The notes below the pieces were generated by a model. That model had not been told where the DNA came from and ran no database searches. It saw nothing but the letters and a program-made list of their open reading frames with translations. The position numbers were made by a program, and so were the translations under genes. Shown here in pieces: positions 43,566 through 54,229 of a stretch of 64,000 nt of DNA (positions are counted from its first letter, which is position 1; each line of letters starts with the position of its first letter). Origin of the DNA: a virus (Duplodnaviria > Caudoviricetes); IMG/VR virus record IMGVR_UViG_3300026165_000001, positions 1-64,000 of that record. The stretch is one strand, 5' to 3'.

Positions 43566-43780
43566 AGGTCTTTAATCATCTCTGCTAGCCCCGCTCCGAC
43601 ATTTCGTGATTTACTATTAAATCCTGTGATGTCAGAACCAAAGTCATATGTCATGCTGGGTAATGTATATGTTGATATCGTGGTGTCTATAGTGCTGGTA
43701 TCAACACCACTATACGGCCTATTAGGATCATCGTAGACTATTCCGCCGTTGTATGAATATGGGTGTGTGTTATAATTCAT
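43562..43780 (-). CDS. Hypothetical protein
   Basis: Coupled ORF; ends LAEMIKDL. Confidence 0.55.
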   Translation of the reverse strand: MNYNTHPYSYNGGIVYDDPNRPYSGVDTSTIDTTISTYTLPSMTYDFGSDITGFNSKSRNVGAGLAEMIKDL

Positions 43781-44018
43781 TTATCATCTCCGCAAGAACA
43801 GGACCACATTTGTATGATTCTGTTATCTTTTTCTGTGTTTTTTTATTCTCTGTAGCTTTTCTTGTCGTTTGTTGGGCCTCGACTATTTTGTATAGTTCAT
43901 CGATATGATTGAAGTCTGCGTTTGCATTAACATAATCATAATCATACCAATGACTTTTAATACTGTCAAGTTGTGAACCGTAATATGTTTTGCTAGGGAT
44001 ATTTTTACTCAATGTCAA
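43770..44018 (-). CDS. Hypothetical protein
   Basis: Coupled ORF; ends LAEMINEL, similar to its neighbour. Confidence 0.55.
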   Translation of the reverse strand: MTLSKNIPSKTYYGSQLDSIKSHWYDYDYVNANADFNHIDELYKIVEAQQTTRKATENKKTQKKITESYKCGPVLAEMINEL

Positions 44019-45777
44019 ACTCCTGATCTGGGCTAAAGCTAGTAAAGCCGTTTTCTTTAACCACGTAGAGTATGTTATTTACTCTTCCAATTAATTCTTC
44101 CCTGTGTGAAATAAGGAATATATTTTTGTTTCTATCGCGGTGCATTTTTTTCAGAACAACAAGTGCACTTTCTACACCATTGCTATCCATGCCACTATCA
44201 ATTAATTCGTCTATTGCCATGAAGTCAATAGGCGTATTGGTGCTTTCGTGAACATCACGGAATGCCCAACTAAGGCCAAGAATCAATCTATTTCTTTCGC
44301 CTCGACTCAAGTTATCAAAATCTAGTTCACGTCCTAATTCTGTAATTTCAACACTGAGATCATTTTGAAATTGAACCTCGTGTGGCAAACCCAACTTGTT
44401 AAGATAATAGTTGAGTCGGCTATTTAAATATTGTAGATTTTGATCAATAATGCGCTTGCGGACAAAACTGTCTTTGTTTGTGAGCAACTTGAGTAAGAAC
44501 TCCTGATGTTCACGCAAGTTATGCAAGCTATTCATTGTCTCCCATTCGATTGTTTGGATGCCAGATTCTTCAAGACTAGCAACTTGTTCAGTATAGGGGT
44601 CTTCTGCCTGTTGCAACCCTTCTAGCTTACTGGTCAAAGTTGCTAGTTGACTTTGTTGTTCATACGCCTCTTGCGCCGTTGCATATTTAGTTGTGGGTAT
44701 CTTGTCTGGCAGCTTGATGGCTTTGATCTTGTGAGTTATTTCTTCGACATTGCCGTTTGCTTCTGCTATGGCTGCTTGATGTCCCTCTATGGCTCTGGTT
44801 TTATTTTTAATGATTTTGTCATTTGAATCATCATGGAGTTCCTGACCACATGCATAGCAAGTATGGTTTTTAGCTGCTTCCAGGTCCTTCTCAGCTTTTT
44901 CCAAGCTACGTTTTTCGCGTTGAATTGTAGCTTCTTCTCCTGATAGAGAGCGTTGTAGTTCTGACAGCTCAGAATTTTTACGACGGTATTCGTCAAGCGC
45001 CACATGCTGTTCAAGTTCGAATTCAATGTCCATGGACTCGAGTTCAGATACAGCTTCTTGAAGCTCTTTGATTTCTTCTGCGTTCTTATTTTTCCATACA
45101 CGTTGCCTACGTTTGAGGTCTTCAATCGAACGTTTAATTTGCTCATTAGCATTCTCCACGCCTTTGACCCGATATTCTTCTTCTTTGATTTGATCCTTGG
45201 TGGTTTTTACCAATTCTTTAAGCACATTTGCTTTTTCACTGAGCAACGTGATTCCCATGAGATTTTCAATAATCTCACGTTGATCATTCGCTCGTAATGC
45301 AAGGAAAGGTTCGTTATATGTGTTTAGAGCAATGAGATGTTTGAACATGATATGATTCATTCCAATCACATTTTCAATCTCATGCTGAGTCAAACGCATT
45401 TCACCCTGTCCTTCGTCAGTTTCCACAACCGCGTCGTGTTCATTGACCAAAAATTTAAGAGTGTTTGGGGCGCGACCCCTTTCAATACGATAGGAATTGT
45501 TACCCACTTCGAATTCAACTGTTACCAACATTCCTTTGTTATTGGTCTTATTGATAAGGTTGTTTTTTCGAATATTAGTAATGGCATTTCCATAAAGAGC
45601 ATAGCTAAGGGCGTTGATCATAGTGGTCTTGCCCACGCCGTTTCGTGAACCATCACCACCAAGATCCAAGTTATTACCCAACACAAGTGTTAGTCCAGCT
45701 TCTTGGAAATTGACGGCCTGGGTAACGTTACCCACGCTCATAAAATTCTTGATTGTGATATTCTTAAACCGAATCAT
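44005..45777 (-). CDS. gp46: Rad50/SbcC-like recombination ATPase (gp46)
   Basis: NGVGKTT Walker A, CYAC zinc hook, LSRGE signature, AIDELID, ISH. Confidence 0.95.
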   Translation of the reverse strand: MIRFKNITIKNFMSVGNVTQAVNFQEAGLTLVLGNNLDLGGDGSRNGVGKTTMINALSYALYGNAITNIRKNNLINKTNNKGMLVTVEFEVGNNSYRIERGRAPNTLKFLVNEHDAVVETDEGQGEMRLTQHEIENVIGMNHIMFKHLIALNTYNEPFLALRANDQREIIENLMGITLLSEKANVLKELVKTTKDQIKEEEYRVKGVENANEQIKRSIEDLKRRQRVWKNKNAEEIKELQEAVSELESMDIEFELEQHVALDEYRRKNSELSELQRSLSGEEATIQREKRSLEKAEKDLEAAKNHTCYACGQELHDDSNDKIIKNKTRAIEGHQAAIAEANGNVEEITHKIKAIKLPDKIPTTKYATAQEAYEQQSQLATLTSKLEGLQQAEDPYTEQVASLEESGIQTIEWETMNSLHNLREHQEFLLKLLTNKDSFVRKRIIDQNLQYLNSRLNYYLNKLGLPHEVQFQNDLSVEITELGRELDFDNLSRGERNRLILGLSWAFRDVHESTNTPIDFMAIDELIDSGMDSNGVESALVVLKKMHRDRNKNIFLISHREELIGRVNNILYVVKENGFTSFSPDQEFDIE

Positions 45778-46058
45778 TCTGGTCGTTCAGATCCATTGTC
45801 TTTTGTGTCTTCATCTTGAAGAGCCTCGTCCATCCAGTCTGGCATTGTGTCTGGATTTTCAGTGATTGCTTTTCCTAGCAGCAACATAAGTGAATCCATA
45901 TCTTGGTCCATTAATTCATGAATTAAACCTTGAAATTCACCATCTTCCATTAATTGTTCGTAACTTTGATCAGTGCCATTTTGTTTTGCACGATCACTCC
46001 ATTCACCAACACGTTCATGCAATTCATTTATTTGGTCTAGTTTCTTTTGATCAGTCAT
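45774..46058 (-). CDS. Hypothetical acidic protein
   Basis: ORF between gp47 and gp46, SD AAGGA. Confidence 0.7.
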   Translation of the reverse strand: MTDQKKLDQINELHERVGEWSDRAKQNGTDQSYEQLMEDGEFQGLIHELMDQDMDSLMLLLGKAITENPDTMPDWMDEALQDEDTKDNGSERPE

Positions 46059-46068
46059 TAATTAATCC

Positions 46069-47088
46069 TTATAGATTGTTGTATATATCCATTAGTAATT
46101 TTTTGTTGATCATTTCGCTATCAACATTCTGAAGCTGATTATAAACGATTTGATCTACACTTTCCACAACGAAATCACCGTCCTGTGCAGGATCCATTGA
46201 CATTTCGTCTTTCTTGACAGGCAGCAGACTGAGTTCACGTGGATTGAACTGAGTCATAAATGTTTCCTTAATGAAGTTTGCTTCTTCATAACTGATAGGA
46301 ACGTCTAGCATCGCCCGACAATAGGTTTTTTCGTTTAGGTAGTCCTCTGGCGCGTCAATCAGGTCGCTAAGATTGAGGCGGATATAGCGTGGGCCATCAT
46401 AATTGACATAAGTTGGTTCACCTCCCCACTTTAAAAACATAGCACCACGTTGGTCATCCCAGGCATCAGCATAATTGTGAGCAAAAGGACTACCTAAATA
46501 ATGGACTTTGTCCCGCACTTGGCGCTTGTGAAAGTGCCCGCTAAAGACATAGTCAGCTTTCTTGAAATCATCTGCTTTGAGTTCGCCGTGGTCAGGCATC
46601 TCAACAATGGCATTCATCATGAAATGTGGCAACTCAAAATGGCCAAAGACATACTTACTCTTCAGCTTTTTCATCTTTTTCCATTCATCTCCAACTAGCC
46701 AAGGAACCAAGGCGACATCGCCCTGCTCTAAAACATCGTCGTTGATAATGTGAATATTGTCAAACATGTCTCCATATGGGATGGAGTTAATCTCTCGCTT
46801 TTCACGATAGAATAGATCATGGTTCCCAACTAACATGTAGATGTTTTCAAATGCTTTACTCAGCCTGGAAAAGTTGCTTACTGTGTAGTTGAGAGTTGAT
46901 ACGTTAACACTAGCACGATGGTGATGCCAATCGCCTAGGAATATGCAGGTTTCACAGCCACGAGTTTTTGCTTCGTCGATAAACCATTTGATAAACTCTT
47001 CACAGTCGATATTGTGTTGGCGACTGTTATTTTTGTTACCAAAATGAATGTCGGTGAAACACGCGGCGTGTTCAAATAAGTTGTTCAA
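46069..47088 (-). CDS. gp47: Mre11/SbcD-like nuclease (gp47)
   Basis: DIHFG, LGDWHH, GNHD, GHFE, SGHFH metallophosphoesterase motifs. Confidence 0.95.
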   Translation of the reverse strand: MNNLFEHAACFTDIHFGNKNNSRQHNIDCEEFIKWFIDEAKTRGCETCIFLGDWHHHRASVNVSTLNYTVSNFSRLSKAFENIYMLVGNHDLFYREKREINSIPYGDMFDNIHIINDDVLEQGDVALVPWLVGDEWKKMKKLKSKYVFGHFELPHFMMNAIVEMPDHGELKADDFKKADYVFSGHFHKRQVRDKVHYLGSPFAHNYADAWDDQRGAMFLKWGGEPTYVNYDGPRYIRLNLSDLIDAPEDYLNEKTYCRAMLDVPISYEEANFIKETFMTQFNPRELSLLPVKKDEMSMDPAQDGDFVVESVDQIVYNQLQNVDSEMINKKLLMDIYNNL

Positions 47089-47113
47089 GAGTGCGACCTC
47101 GATTTATCTAATG

Positions 47114-47142
47114 ATAATAACAGCTTAGTTGCTAGCTGTCAA
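47114..47142 (-). promoter_or_regulatory. Sigma70-type promoter for the gp47/46 operon
   Basis: TTGACA-N17-TATTAT. Confidence 0.7.
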
Positions 47143-47403
47143 GTGTTCAAGCTCTGCTCTGATCTCAGATTTCATGATTTCCATAAGTTCAGATTCTGCA
47201 TAGGCTGCATAAAACTCATCAAGATCTTCTGCTAGCGTAGTCTGAAATTTGACATTCATGTCATATTCTTCATCATTGTATGTTGTGGTAAACTTATATT
47301 CTCGATATTTTTCAGTTTCTTCATTCACATACTTCATGACAACGAATTCATTATCATTAACAGTCATTTGCAGAAATTCTTCAGATTGTGTTGTATTTGA
47401 CAT
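47125..47403 (-). CDS. Hypothetical protein
   Basis: SD GAGGA, 92 aa. Confidence 0.7.
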   Translation of the reverse strand: MSNTTQSEEFLQMTVNDNEFVVMKYVNEETEKYREYKFTTTYNDEEYDMNVKFQTTLAEDLDEFYAAYAESELMEIMKSEIRAELEHLTASN

Positions 47404-47424
47404 TCTTAATTCCTCTTGTTTTCA

Positions 47425-47691
47425 CTAAGTGACAATTGCATCAAAACGTTTTATGGCTTGTGTCATAGTGTTTCCGTTCTTAGCAACACCCATTAAATGG
47501 AGTCGGATAATTCGAGACCCATCTTCTCTTGGCGTAGCCTTGTCAAACTGATCGTCAATTTGATACACAATGTCAGCAATTGACGAACCACTACCACCAA
47601 CTGTATCCCCGACAGGGCGAATATTATGCATCTCAATAAACTCAGACAATTCGGGCCAATTTTCAATCTTGTATGTTCGTTTTTGTGACAT
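47425..47691 (-). CDS. Hypothetical protein
   Basis: SD AGGAG, 88 aa. Confidence 0.7.
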   Translation of the reverse strand: MSQKRTYKIENWPELSEFIEMHNIRPVGDTVGGSGSSIADIVYQIDDQFDKATPREDGSRIIRLHLMGVAKNGNTMTQAIKRFDAIVT

Positions 47692-47699
47692 ATTTTCTC

Positions 47700-48593
47700 C
47701 TAAATAGTATTGTATCCGGCATTTCTTAATTCTTCTTGTTTTTTTTCTTCATCCTCATCCCGAGAACGTTGCTGGGCAGCTTCATCGTCTAGCTGACGGT
47801 TGAAGCTGGGCATGTATCCGCCATCCTGTAACATGTCGTCACGGATGTTTTGGTTACGTTTTTCGAGATTGAGAACACGAGTAAAGCTATTAGTGATGGT
47901 TGCAGTATAGTAAGCGAAAGGATTAGCACTTCTTGCTTCGTTAAACTTGAGTCCAACTTCACTCAACTGTAATAATGCTGCACTTTGCATCTCATCATTA
48001 TATGTATAGCCCCGCCAGTTACCGCGCATTGCATAACGCTCTACCAACTTCATCATCATTTTGGCCAGCTCGCCTGTCAAACCACCATGTGTTTGACTAA
48101 AATGACCGTTATCAAATCCACCTTGCCAGTGGCTACGCAATACTTCCTTTAGTTCACCATCTACAAACGCATAGTGTTTAAATGGCGGAAAGTTGATGCG
48201 AGTGTGTAGGTCTGCTACTGTTTTTGGGTTTTTCTTTCGATTAGGTGTTTCTGGGATATGATCATATGTCATTACACGAAACACAACGTCTTCATCTGAG
48301 ATAGAGCTGGGATCAACACGAAAATCAGCTTGTTTGGGTTTTGTTGATCTCACACCACCTGCATCATGCCACGCATTGATACCTTTTTCATATCCCGCGC
48401 TTGATAGTTGCGCAGCGTGATTTTCTTTTGCCTCATGAATTTTTTCGTCGTCGATCTCTTCTAGAGAATCAACAATGTTGTCAAAATGCTTGTATCGATC
48501 ATCCAAGGCATAGCAATAACTTAGCTTGCTCTTGTGAATTTCCTTTAGCATATCTTTGTTGTTGAGGTATTTTGTAGACTTCTTCCTGACCAT
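47700..48593 (-). CDS. gp55: Late-transcription sigma factor (gp55-like)
   Basis: YLNNKDML...YAMRGNWRGYTYNDEM...KFNEARSANPFAYYT...EKRNQ. Confidence 0.8.
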   Translation of the reverse strand: MVRKKSTKYLNNKDMLKEIHKSKLSYCYALDDRYKHFDNIVDSLEEIDDEKIHEAKENHAAQLSSAGYEKGINAWHDAGGVRSTKPKQADFRVDPSSISDEDVVFRVMTYDHIPETPNRKKNPKTVADLHTRINFPPFKHYAFVDGELKEVLRSHWQGGFDNGHFSQTHGGLTGELAKMMMKLVERYAMRGNWRGYTYNDEMQSAALLQLSEVGLKFNEARSANPFAYYTATITNSFTRVLNLEKRNQNIRDDMLQDGGYMPSFNRQLDDEAAQQRSRDEDEEKKQEELRNAGYNTI

Positions 48594-48614
48594 TTAAGAT
48601 TCCTTGTTGATATC

Positions 48615-48643
48615 AGTATAATACGTTAACCCATTGAAGTCAA
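48615..48643 (-). promoter_or_regulatory. Sigma70-type promoter for the late sigma gene
   Basis: TTGACT-N17-TATACT. Confidence 0.75.
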
Positions 48644-48729
48644 GCGGTTTTCAGGCTGATAAATATTAGTTAGAAGGCGTTGAATTGTTGGATTGAGGGC
48701 ATGTCACGCTGGTATTTATCGGAATCAAC

Positions 48730-49380
48730 ATGGTTACAAGACAAGATCTCAGAGCATCATTAACGGTTAAAACCCGTAGCAGAAGTTTCGGCGTGAACAA
48801 TTTTTTCACCGGGACAATACCTGCTTACAACGTTCCCTTCCAAGGACCAGGACAGGCATTAATAAGAACACGTGGTATCGTGTTTCCGTTTACTCCCAAC
48901 ATCAGCGTTGCACAACAGGTTGAATATGGTCAGTATGATGTAGTGCACACAAATTACCAACAGAATGCATATGCAAGGACGCGCAACCCCCAAATACAAA
49001 TTACTGGGGTATTTGTTAGTCAAACGCCAGAAGAAGCAGCGTATACAGTGGGCGTGATGCATTTCCTCAGAGTGTGCAGCAAGATGAATTTTGGTGCCAA
49101 CGACGATGATCGCGGCACACCACCGCCAGTGCTATTGTTTAGTGCATATGGGGCATATAATTTTCAAAATGTTCCTGTATTGATTGGTAGCTTTAACTAT
49201 GTATACCAAGATGATGTTGATTATGTTGAGGTAGAAACAGGGGGCGAAACGGTGCAGATACCATCAATGATGATCATTGCTATCGACTTGCTACCACAAT
49301 ACAGCCCAGAAAAACAAACAAACCAATTCACACTTGATAGTCTTGCAAGAGGAAGTGGCTATAGGAATGGATTTATCTAA
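48730..49380 (+). CDS. Baseplate/tail-tube initiator-like protein
   Basis: GIVFPFTPNI...HTNY...HFLRVCSKMNFG...GTPPPVLLFSAYG; first gene of the baseplate operon. Confidence 0.6.
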   Translation: MVTRQDLRASLTVKTRSRSFGVNNFFTGTIPAYNVPFQGPGQALIRTRGIVFPFTPNISVAQQVEYGQYDVVHTNYQQNAYARTRNPQIQITGVFVSQTPEEAAYTVGVMHFLRVCSKMNFGANDDDRGTPPPVLLFSAYGAYNFQNVPVLIGSFNYVYQDDVDYVEVETGGETVQIPSMMIIAIDLLPQYSPEKQTNQFTLDSLARGSGYRNGFI

Positions 49381-49667
49381 TGTCATATAAAAGAACAAGT
49401 CATCTCAGAGCAACACCAGTTGTGAATGGTTTTACTCAATTATGGGAACCACCAATCGTTCCAGATTTCACTCGTGCAAAAGAATTTACTATCAATCAAA
49501 AATACAACAAGAGACCAGATTTACTGGCTTATGATCTATATGGTGAAAGTCGTTTTTGGTGGGTATTTGCCATTTACAATAAGAACGATTTAGTAGATCC
49601 AATTAATGATTTTGTTACCGGTACTCGTATATGGATTCCGGATCGCGATTACATTGCAGGAATTTAA
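49380..49667 (+). CDS. Baseplate wedge protein (gp53/LysM-like)
   Basis: YNKRPDLLAYDLYGESRFWWVFAIYN...GTRIWIP. Confidence 0.8.
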   Translation: MSYKRTSHLRATPVVNGFTQLWEPPIVPDFTRAKEFTINQKYNKRPDLLAYDLYGESRFWWVFAIYNKNDLVDPINDFVTGTRIWIPDRDYIAGI

Positions 49668-51742
49668 TGACTTATTTAACAAACAAACTTAACAATTACG
49701 AAACATATACCTATAACATCAGGCTTTATGTTTGTAAACCAGAACGTGTCCAAGACCTTGATGCTGCAATTGATCGGGGTGACGCTATCATTTTGGCTGA
49801 TAACGCACAAATTGCACGATATAATATCAATTCTTTGGAGCAAGTTTTCCGCATCAGCCATTCTTTGGTTCGAGAGGGAGTAGGTAGCCAATTTGATATG
49901 CGCATTGTTGAACCAAATGGTGTTACGTTATTGAGCACCATAAAGGGAATTTGTAATCAACTCGGCATTGCAGACCATCTTAGAGCAACATATATTATCG
50001 CAGTTGATTTTCACGGTAGATTGTCGGATGGCCAGCCGAAAAAATTCCCGCAGACATTTTATTACCCAGTGGTTGTTAGCCAGTTTACATTTAAGGTTGA
50101 TGAAGGTGGAACCAATTATCAAATTCGTTTAGTTGAAAATTCACAAGTTGGATATCAAGTTGCTGCTAATGAAGTAAGAAATACAATTACTATTCAGGCT
50201 GAAACTGTTGGTGAGTTTGTTGACCAATTTGAGGAAAAACTAAACCAATCATTGAGATATTCTTGGAGAGCAAATGCCAGCCTTTCAGCAGGATTGGGTC
50301 CGGATGAATATAAGTTTGAATTTGACGGCACCACAGAAGATTGGCGCAGTTGGAGATTTGAAGTTCTAGATGCTGATTTCCAAGTTGGTGCTGTGAGTTT
50401 TGAAGGTGTTCCGGGAAGAAGTCCTAAATTGCAAGTTGTGGCTATGAACGGAACACAAATTACTACTTTAATGAGTCAAGTCCTACAATTAACAGCGGAA
50501 TACAAACAAATCTTGATTAATCAAGGTGGCGAGATTAGCAATCAAACCATGCGTCGAAAACCAGAAGATGCGTCAAATAGACAGTTGGACGTATTCCCTG
50601 TTTTCTTTAAAATGATTTCAAATGTCGAATACAATGAGTATGATCAATTTCGAGGCGACTATAGAAAAACCTATCGTTATAAACTCAAAGCATATACTGC
50701 GACTGATGAAATTTTGGATGCAAACCAATTTATGTCTAGCATTGGTAATTCAAGCGTTCAGCGTTCAAGAATATTCAATCTAATTGCTGGGGATTTCCTA
50801 CGTAAACGTTATGATTATTATTTTACTGGACGTAATACAGAAGTATTAAGTTTGGATTTACAGTTTGATTATGCTTATTTCAATATCACACCCATGGGCG
50901 ATGGTTACTTTGGTGATCCAGATGTTCAAAGAGCCGTAGCAGCGGGTGATGATATTAGTGTTCGTGATCGTCTCAGTAAAATTGAAATTTTACAAGATGA
51001 CCTGGGAAGCGCAAAAAGCGGTTTAGCTCGCGCACAGAGACAATTTGATAATGCTTTAGGGAGCGGATCAAGAACACAAATTGGTTTTGCTATAGGAAGT
51101 TTGGAGAATGCAAGTATTGAAGTTAATGCAAGGATTGGAGATATCCGCAGCGCCCTAGCAGACGGTTATGATTTTAATCCAAGCAGTGTTCAATACTTAC
51201 AGCGTTGGGTCGAAGATACGATCAGTGATAGTGATACATATGGTTCAGAAAATAACCTAAGAAGCGGCGCATTAAAATTTGGCGCAGTCAAAACTAACCT
51301 TGAAAATAGCGGTGACCTTATTACTATTGAGATGGAAGTTCGTGGTGATCCATACTGGATGGGTAAACCAAATACATTTTATAATCAACAACAAAACATT
51401 GAAGATCTAGTAGACTATGAGGCAGGCGCCCCGAGTTTCTTTCTCAATGTTAACTTGCCAAGCACTGAAGAAGATGCTGACGGTAGACGAAAACCAGATC
51501 CAGATTACATGGTAAGTGGAGTTTATCGTGTTGTCAGTGTAATCAATCGTTTCCATAACGGACAATTTATACAATATCTCGAAGCAGTGCGTGATATTGG
51601 AACAAATGTGGCAACTGTTTATGACATGCTTGCTGGTGACACCAGTGTGGATCTTGCACGAGATCTTGCTTCATTGCGTCAACAAGGAAACTCAATTTCA
51701 CAACGAATTGAGAACGCAAGGCTTGGATTGGATCGTAATTAA
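49667..51742 (+). CDS. Baseplate hub protein (gp27-like)
   Basis: NKLNNYETYTYN N-terminus; IEMEVRGDPYW; SGVYRVVSVINRFHNGQFIQYLE; directly upstream of gp5. Confidence 0.6.
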   Translation: MTYLTNKLNNYETYTYNIRLYVCKPERVQDLDAAIDRGDAIILADNAQIARYNINSLEQVFRISHSLVREGVGSQFDMRIVEPNGVTLLSTIKGICNQLGIADHLRATYIIAVDFHGRLSDGQPKKFPQTFYYPVVVSQFTFKVDEGGTNYQIRLVENSQVGYQVAANEVRNTITIQAETVGEFVDQFEEKLNQSLRYSWRANASLSAGLGPDEYKFEFDGTTEDWRSWRFEVLDADFQVGAVSFEGVPGRSPKLQVVAMNGTQITTLMSQVLQLTAEYKQILINQGGEISNQTMRRKPEDASNRQLDVFPVFFKMISNVEYNEYDQFRGDYRKTYRYKLKAYTATDEILDANQFMSSIGNSSVQRSRIFNLIAGDFLRKRYDYYFTGRNTEVLSLDLQFDYAYFNITPMGDGYFGDPDVQRAVAAGDDISVRDRLSKIEILQDDLGSAKSGLARAQRQFDNALGSGSRTQIGFAIGSLENASIEVNARIGDIRSALADGYDFNPSSVQYLQRWVEDTISDSDTYGSENNLRSGALKFGAVKTNLENSGDLITIEMEVRGDPYWMGKPNTFYNQQQNIEDLVDYEAGAPSFFLNVNLPSTEEDADGRRKPDPDYMVSGVYRVVSVINRFHNGQFIQYLEAVRDIGTNVATVYDMLAGDTSVDLARDLASLRQQGNSISQRIENARLGLDRN

Positions 51743-53487
51743 TGGCAATTAGTAGAGATATATACACACGAAAAGTTCGCTCAGCTTATAATCAACATAC
51801 ACTTGAAAAAGGTTTACGAATTCCGGCTGGGTTATATCGCGGCATTGTGGTTGATATTGATGACCCAAACCGTGAAGGCAGAGTCAAAGTTCAGATACAA
51901 AAGTTTTATGGCGCTTTCCCTGCTGGTGAAACGTCAGCTAGCCAGGTTGCAGGTGACGAATTTTTAGGTGCAATATGGTGTCATCAACTTTTGCCGTTTG
52001 GACAGACATCTCCACCAGCTGAAGGCCCTAATGGAACCGTAAGTCAAAACACTAGCGGGTTTTTTGGCGCCCCGCCCGAACGAGATAATGAAGTATTGGT
52101 TGCATTTGGTAGCGATATGAGCGCTGGTGTAATCGTGGGTATGATACCAGATCCGTTCAAAAGAGAAGGCATAGCAGGAGCAGGCAAAACCCGCACAACC
52201 GCTACTGGCGAAACCACAATTGGTCTTGAAACGTCTCGTACGGCTGGCTCGATTGATGACTTGCCAGACGAACACCCCCAAGCAGAAGTGCTGCGCAATC
52301 AGGGTCTTGACAGAGACCGTATACGCGGACAGAACTTCTCAAGCCCCACTAGAGACCCCAGTTCGCGCGTCGTTGGCATGAGTTCTCCAACTGGTCATGC
52401 CATTGTAATGGATGATGGCAATCTTGAAGATGGCGACAACCTGGGAATGAGGATACGAACCGCCGGCGGCGCACAGATCCTCATGGACGACACAAATGGT
52501 CTAACCTATATTAACAATCGTGAAGGTAATGTATGGATCGAAATGAACCGTAACGGCGATATTGACATCTATGCAGCTAGCACAATCAATATGCATACTT
52601 TGGGTGATTTCAATATGCATTGTGGTGGCAGTTTTAATTTGCAAGCCGGATCTGATATCAACATGAGAGCCATGGGAAGCGTAAAACAACAGGCTGTTGG
52701 TGGCCCTTTTGACATTACATCAGGATCAAATTTAAATCTCACAGCGGATGGAAATGGTAATATGAGCGTTGCTGGTAACTATCGTGAAACAGCGGCTCGA
52801 ATCGACATGAACGGTCCAGCAGCAGAAGTGGCTGCGCCACCCCCCACAAATCAGCTGGCTGGTAACAATGTGGTTACTGAAAGCGTGGCCCGACGTGTTC
52901 CAGAAGCAGAACCTTGGGCTGGACACCTTGATGTTAGTGTGCTTGACACTGGCTCAGCGAGTGGCGCTGTGGCACAAGGAGAAAGTAACAGTTATTATTA
53001 TGGTAGTCCAACAGACCTATCAAGCTATAATGATCAGACTGGTGAATTTGACATCAATAATTTCCCGCCTAGTCAAGGAGGAGAATTCCTTAGCTATTCA
53101 AGCAACGTTGATAGGCGTATTGATCCTGAATTGATTTCCATGGTGGAAGAGGTAGCACGACGTTTTGGTCGACCACTAACAGTCACAAGTGGTTTCCGTT
53201 CTCCCAGTTACAATGCGAAAGTGGGTGGCGCCAAGAAAAGTCAACACCAACAAGGTAAGGCTATCGATGTTTCAGGTAATGGTTTGACTAATCAAGATCG
53301 TCTAGATTTGATCGCAATCGCCAGTGCTGTGGGTATTAGAGGTATTGGTGTCTATAGCGGAGGAAGTCTTCACTTTGACAACCGCAGCGGAGCAAGGGCT
53401 GCATGGGGCAGTGACTATACTCGTGCAAGTGTCCCAAGTTATGCGGTAGCAGCGGCTAATCGTCACCGTAGTGGAGGATTTGGATAA
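51742..53487 (+). CDS. gp5: Baseplate spike (gp5/VgrG OB-fold + beta-helix) fused to a peptidase M15A domain
   Basis: GIVVDIDDPNREGRVKV OB fold; GHAIVMDD; C-terminal TSGFRS...SQHQQGKAID...LHFD. Confidence 0.85.
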   Translation: MAISRDIYTRKVRSAYNQHTLEKGLRIPAGLYRGIVVDIDDPNREGRVKVQIQKFYGAFPAGETSASQVAGDEFLGAIWCHQLLPFGQTSPPAEGPNGTVSQNTSGFFGAPPERDNEVLVAFGSDMSAGVIVGMIPDPFKREGIAGAGKTRTTATGETTIGLETSRTAGSIDDLPDEHPQAEVLRNQGLDRDRIRGQNFSSPTRDPSSRVVGMSSPTGHAIVMDDGNLEDGDNLGMRIRTAGGAQILMDDTNGLTYINNREGNVWIEMNRNGDIDIYAASTINMHTLGDFNMHCGGSFNLQAGSDINMRAMGSVKQQAVGGPFDITSGSNLNLTADGNGNMSVAGNYRETAARIDMNGPAAEVAAPPPTNQLAGNNVVTESVARRVPEAEPWAGHLDVSVLDTGSASGAVAQGESNSYYYGSPTDLSSYNDQTGEFDINNFPPSQGGEFLSYSSNVDRRIDPELISMVEEVARRFGRPLTVTSGFRSPSYNAKVGGAKKSQHQQGKAIDVSGNGLTNQDRLDLIAIASAVGIRGIGVYSGGSLHFDNRSGARAAWGSDYTRASVPSYAVAAANRHRSGGFG

Positions 53488-54197
53488 TGCTTAGACTGGT
53501 TGAATCTAATAGACGTATTCCCTGGGAAACATTTACAATACAGGATGAATTTGCTGTCAAGTTTGTAATCAACGTTGGCGTTGCAGTCGTAAGCGAGGAA
53601 ATGCTGAGCTTGATGTTGGGCTATCGTGAATGGAGTGGTATACGTTACATCAATCAGGCCACTGGTGATTATGAAATAGGATATGGTATTGGTGATCCTG
53701 ATGATGAACAAGGATATACTGAGCCGCAAGCATATGCTGACTGGGTTGGATACATACGTAATCGTCAAAAGAACCTTAGAACACAAATTCCAATTGTAGG
53801 CATAACACAAGCCGCATTTGATGCTTTGCTAAGTCTCTATGTTGATACAGGCACTTGGAGAACGGTTCAATCAAATGAAGGATTATATGATCTAGCTGAC
53901 GCTGTTAAAAACTCTAATTGGTTGTTAGTGGCAGATATTATTTCTCGTGGAAATGTCAATCCTGAGCTTCGCAAAAAAGAAGCAGCGGTAGTGCAGCTTG
54001 GTGACTATAACACAATCAAAACAAGACAGCAACAGCGAACCACAGGTATCCAAAAATTAAGAAACGCCTATGTGAGTGGTCTTCCTGAATTTGAAAGAAA
54101 ACAGGCTGAATTTGTATTCTATCGTCAATTTGGATCATTCTTGCCTGGTATGAGCCAGCTAAGGCAACGCCGAATTGTTGCTCAAGCACTCACATAA
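53487..54197 (+). CDS. Lysozyme-like (GH24-related) baseplate protein
   Basis: Y...G.YEIGYG, ITQAAFDALLSL..., RKKEA motifs. Confidence 0.55.
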   Translation: MLRLVESNRRIPWETFTIQDEFAVKFVINVGVAVVSEEMLSLMLGYREWSGIRYINQATGDYEIGYGIGDPDDEQGYTEPQAYADWVGYIRNRQKNLRTQIPIVGITQAAFDALLSLYVDTGTWRTVQSNEGLYDLADAVKNSNWLLVADIISRGNVNPELRKKEAAVVQLGDYNTIKTRQQQRTTGIQKLRNAYVSGLPEFERKQAEFVFYRQFGSFLPGMSQLRQRRIVAQALT

Positions 54198-54229
54198 AAT
54201 ACGCAGTTTTTCATACCATAAATACTGAT

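Noticed and set aside
8365-47088. Inteins, introns or homing endonucleases in terL, portal, MCP, gp46 and gp47
   Set aside because: All are continuous and of ordinary length, with no intein or LAGLIDADG/HNH/GIY-YIG motifs seen.
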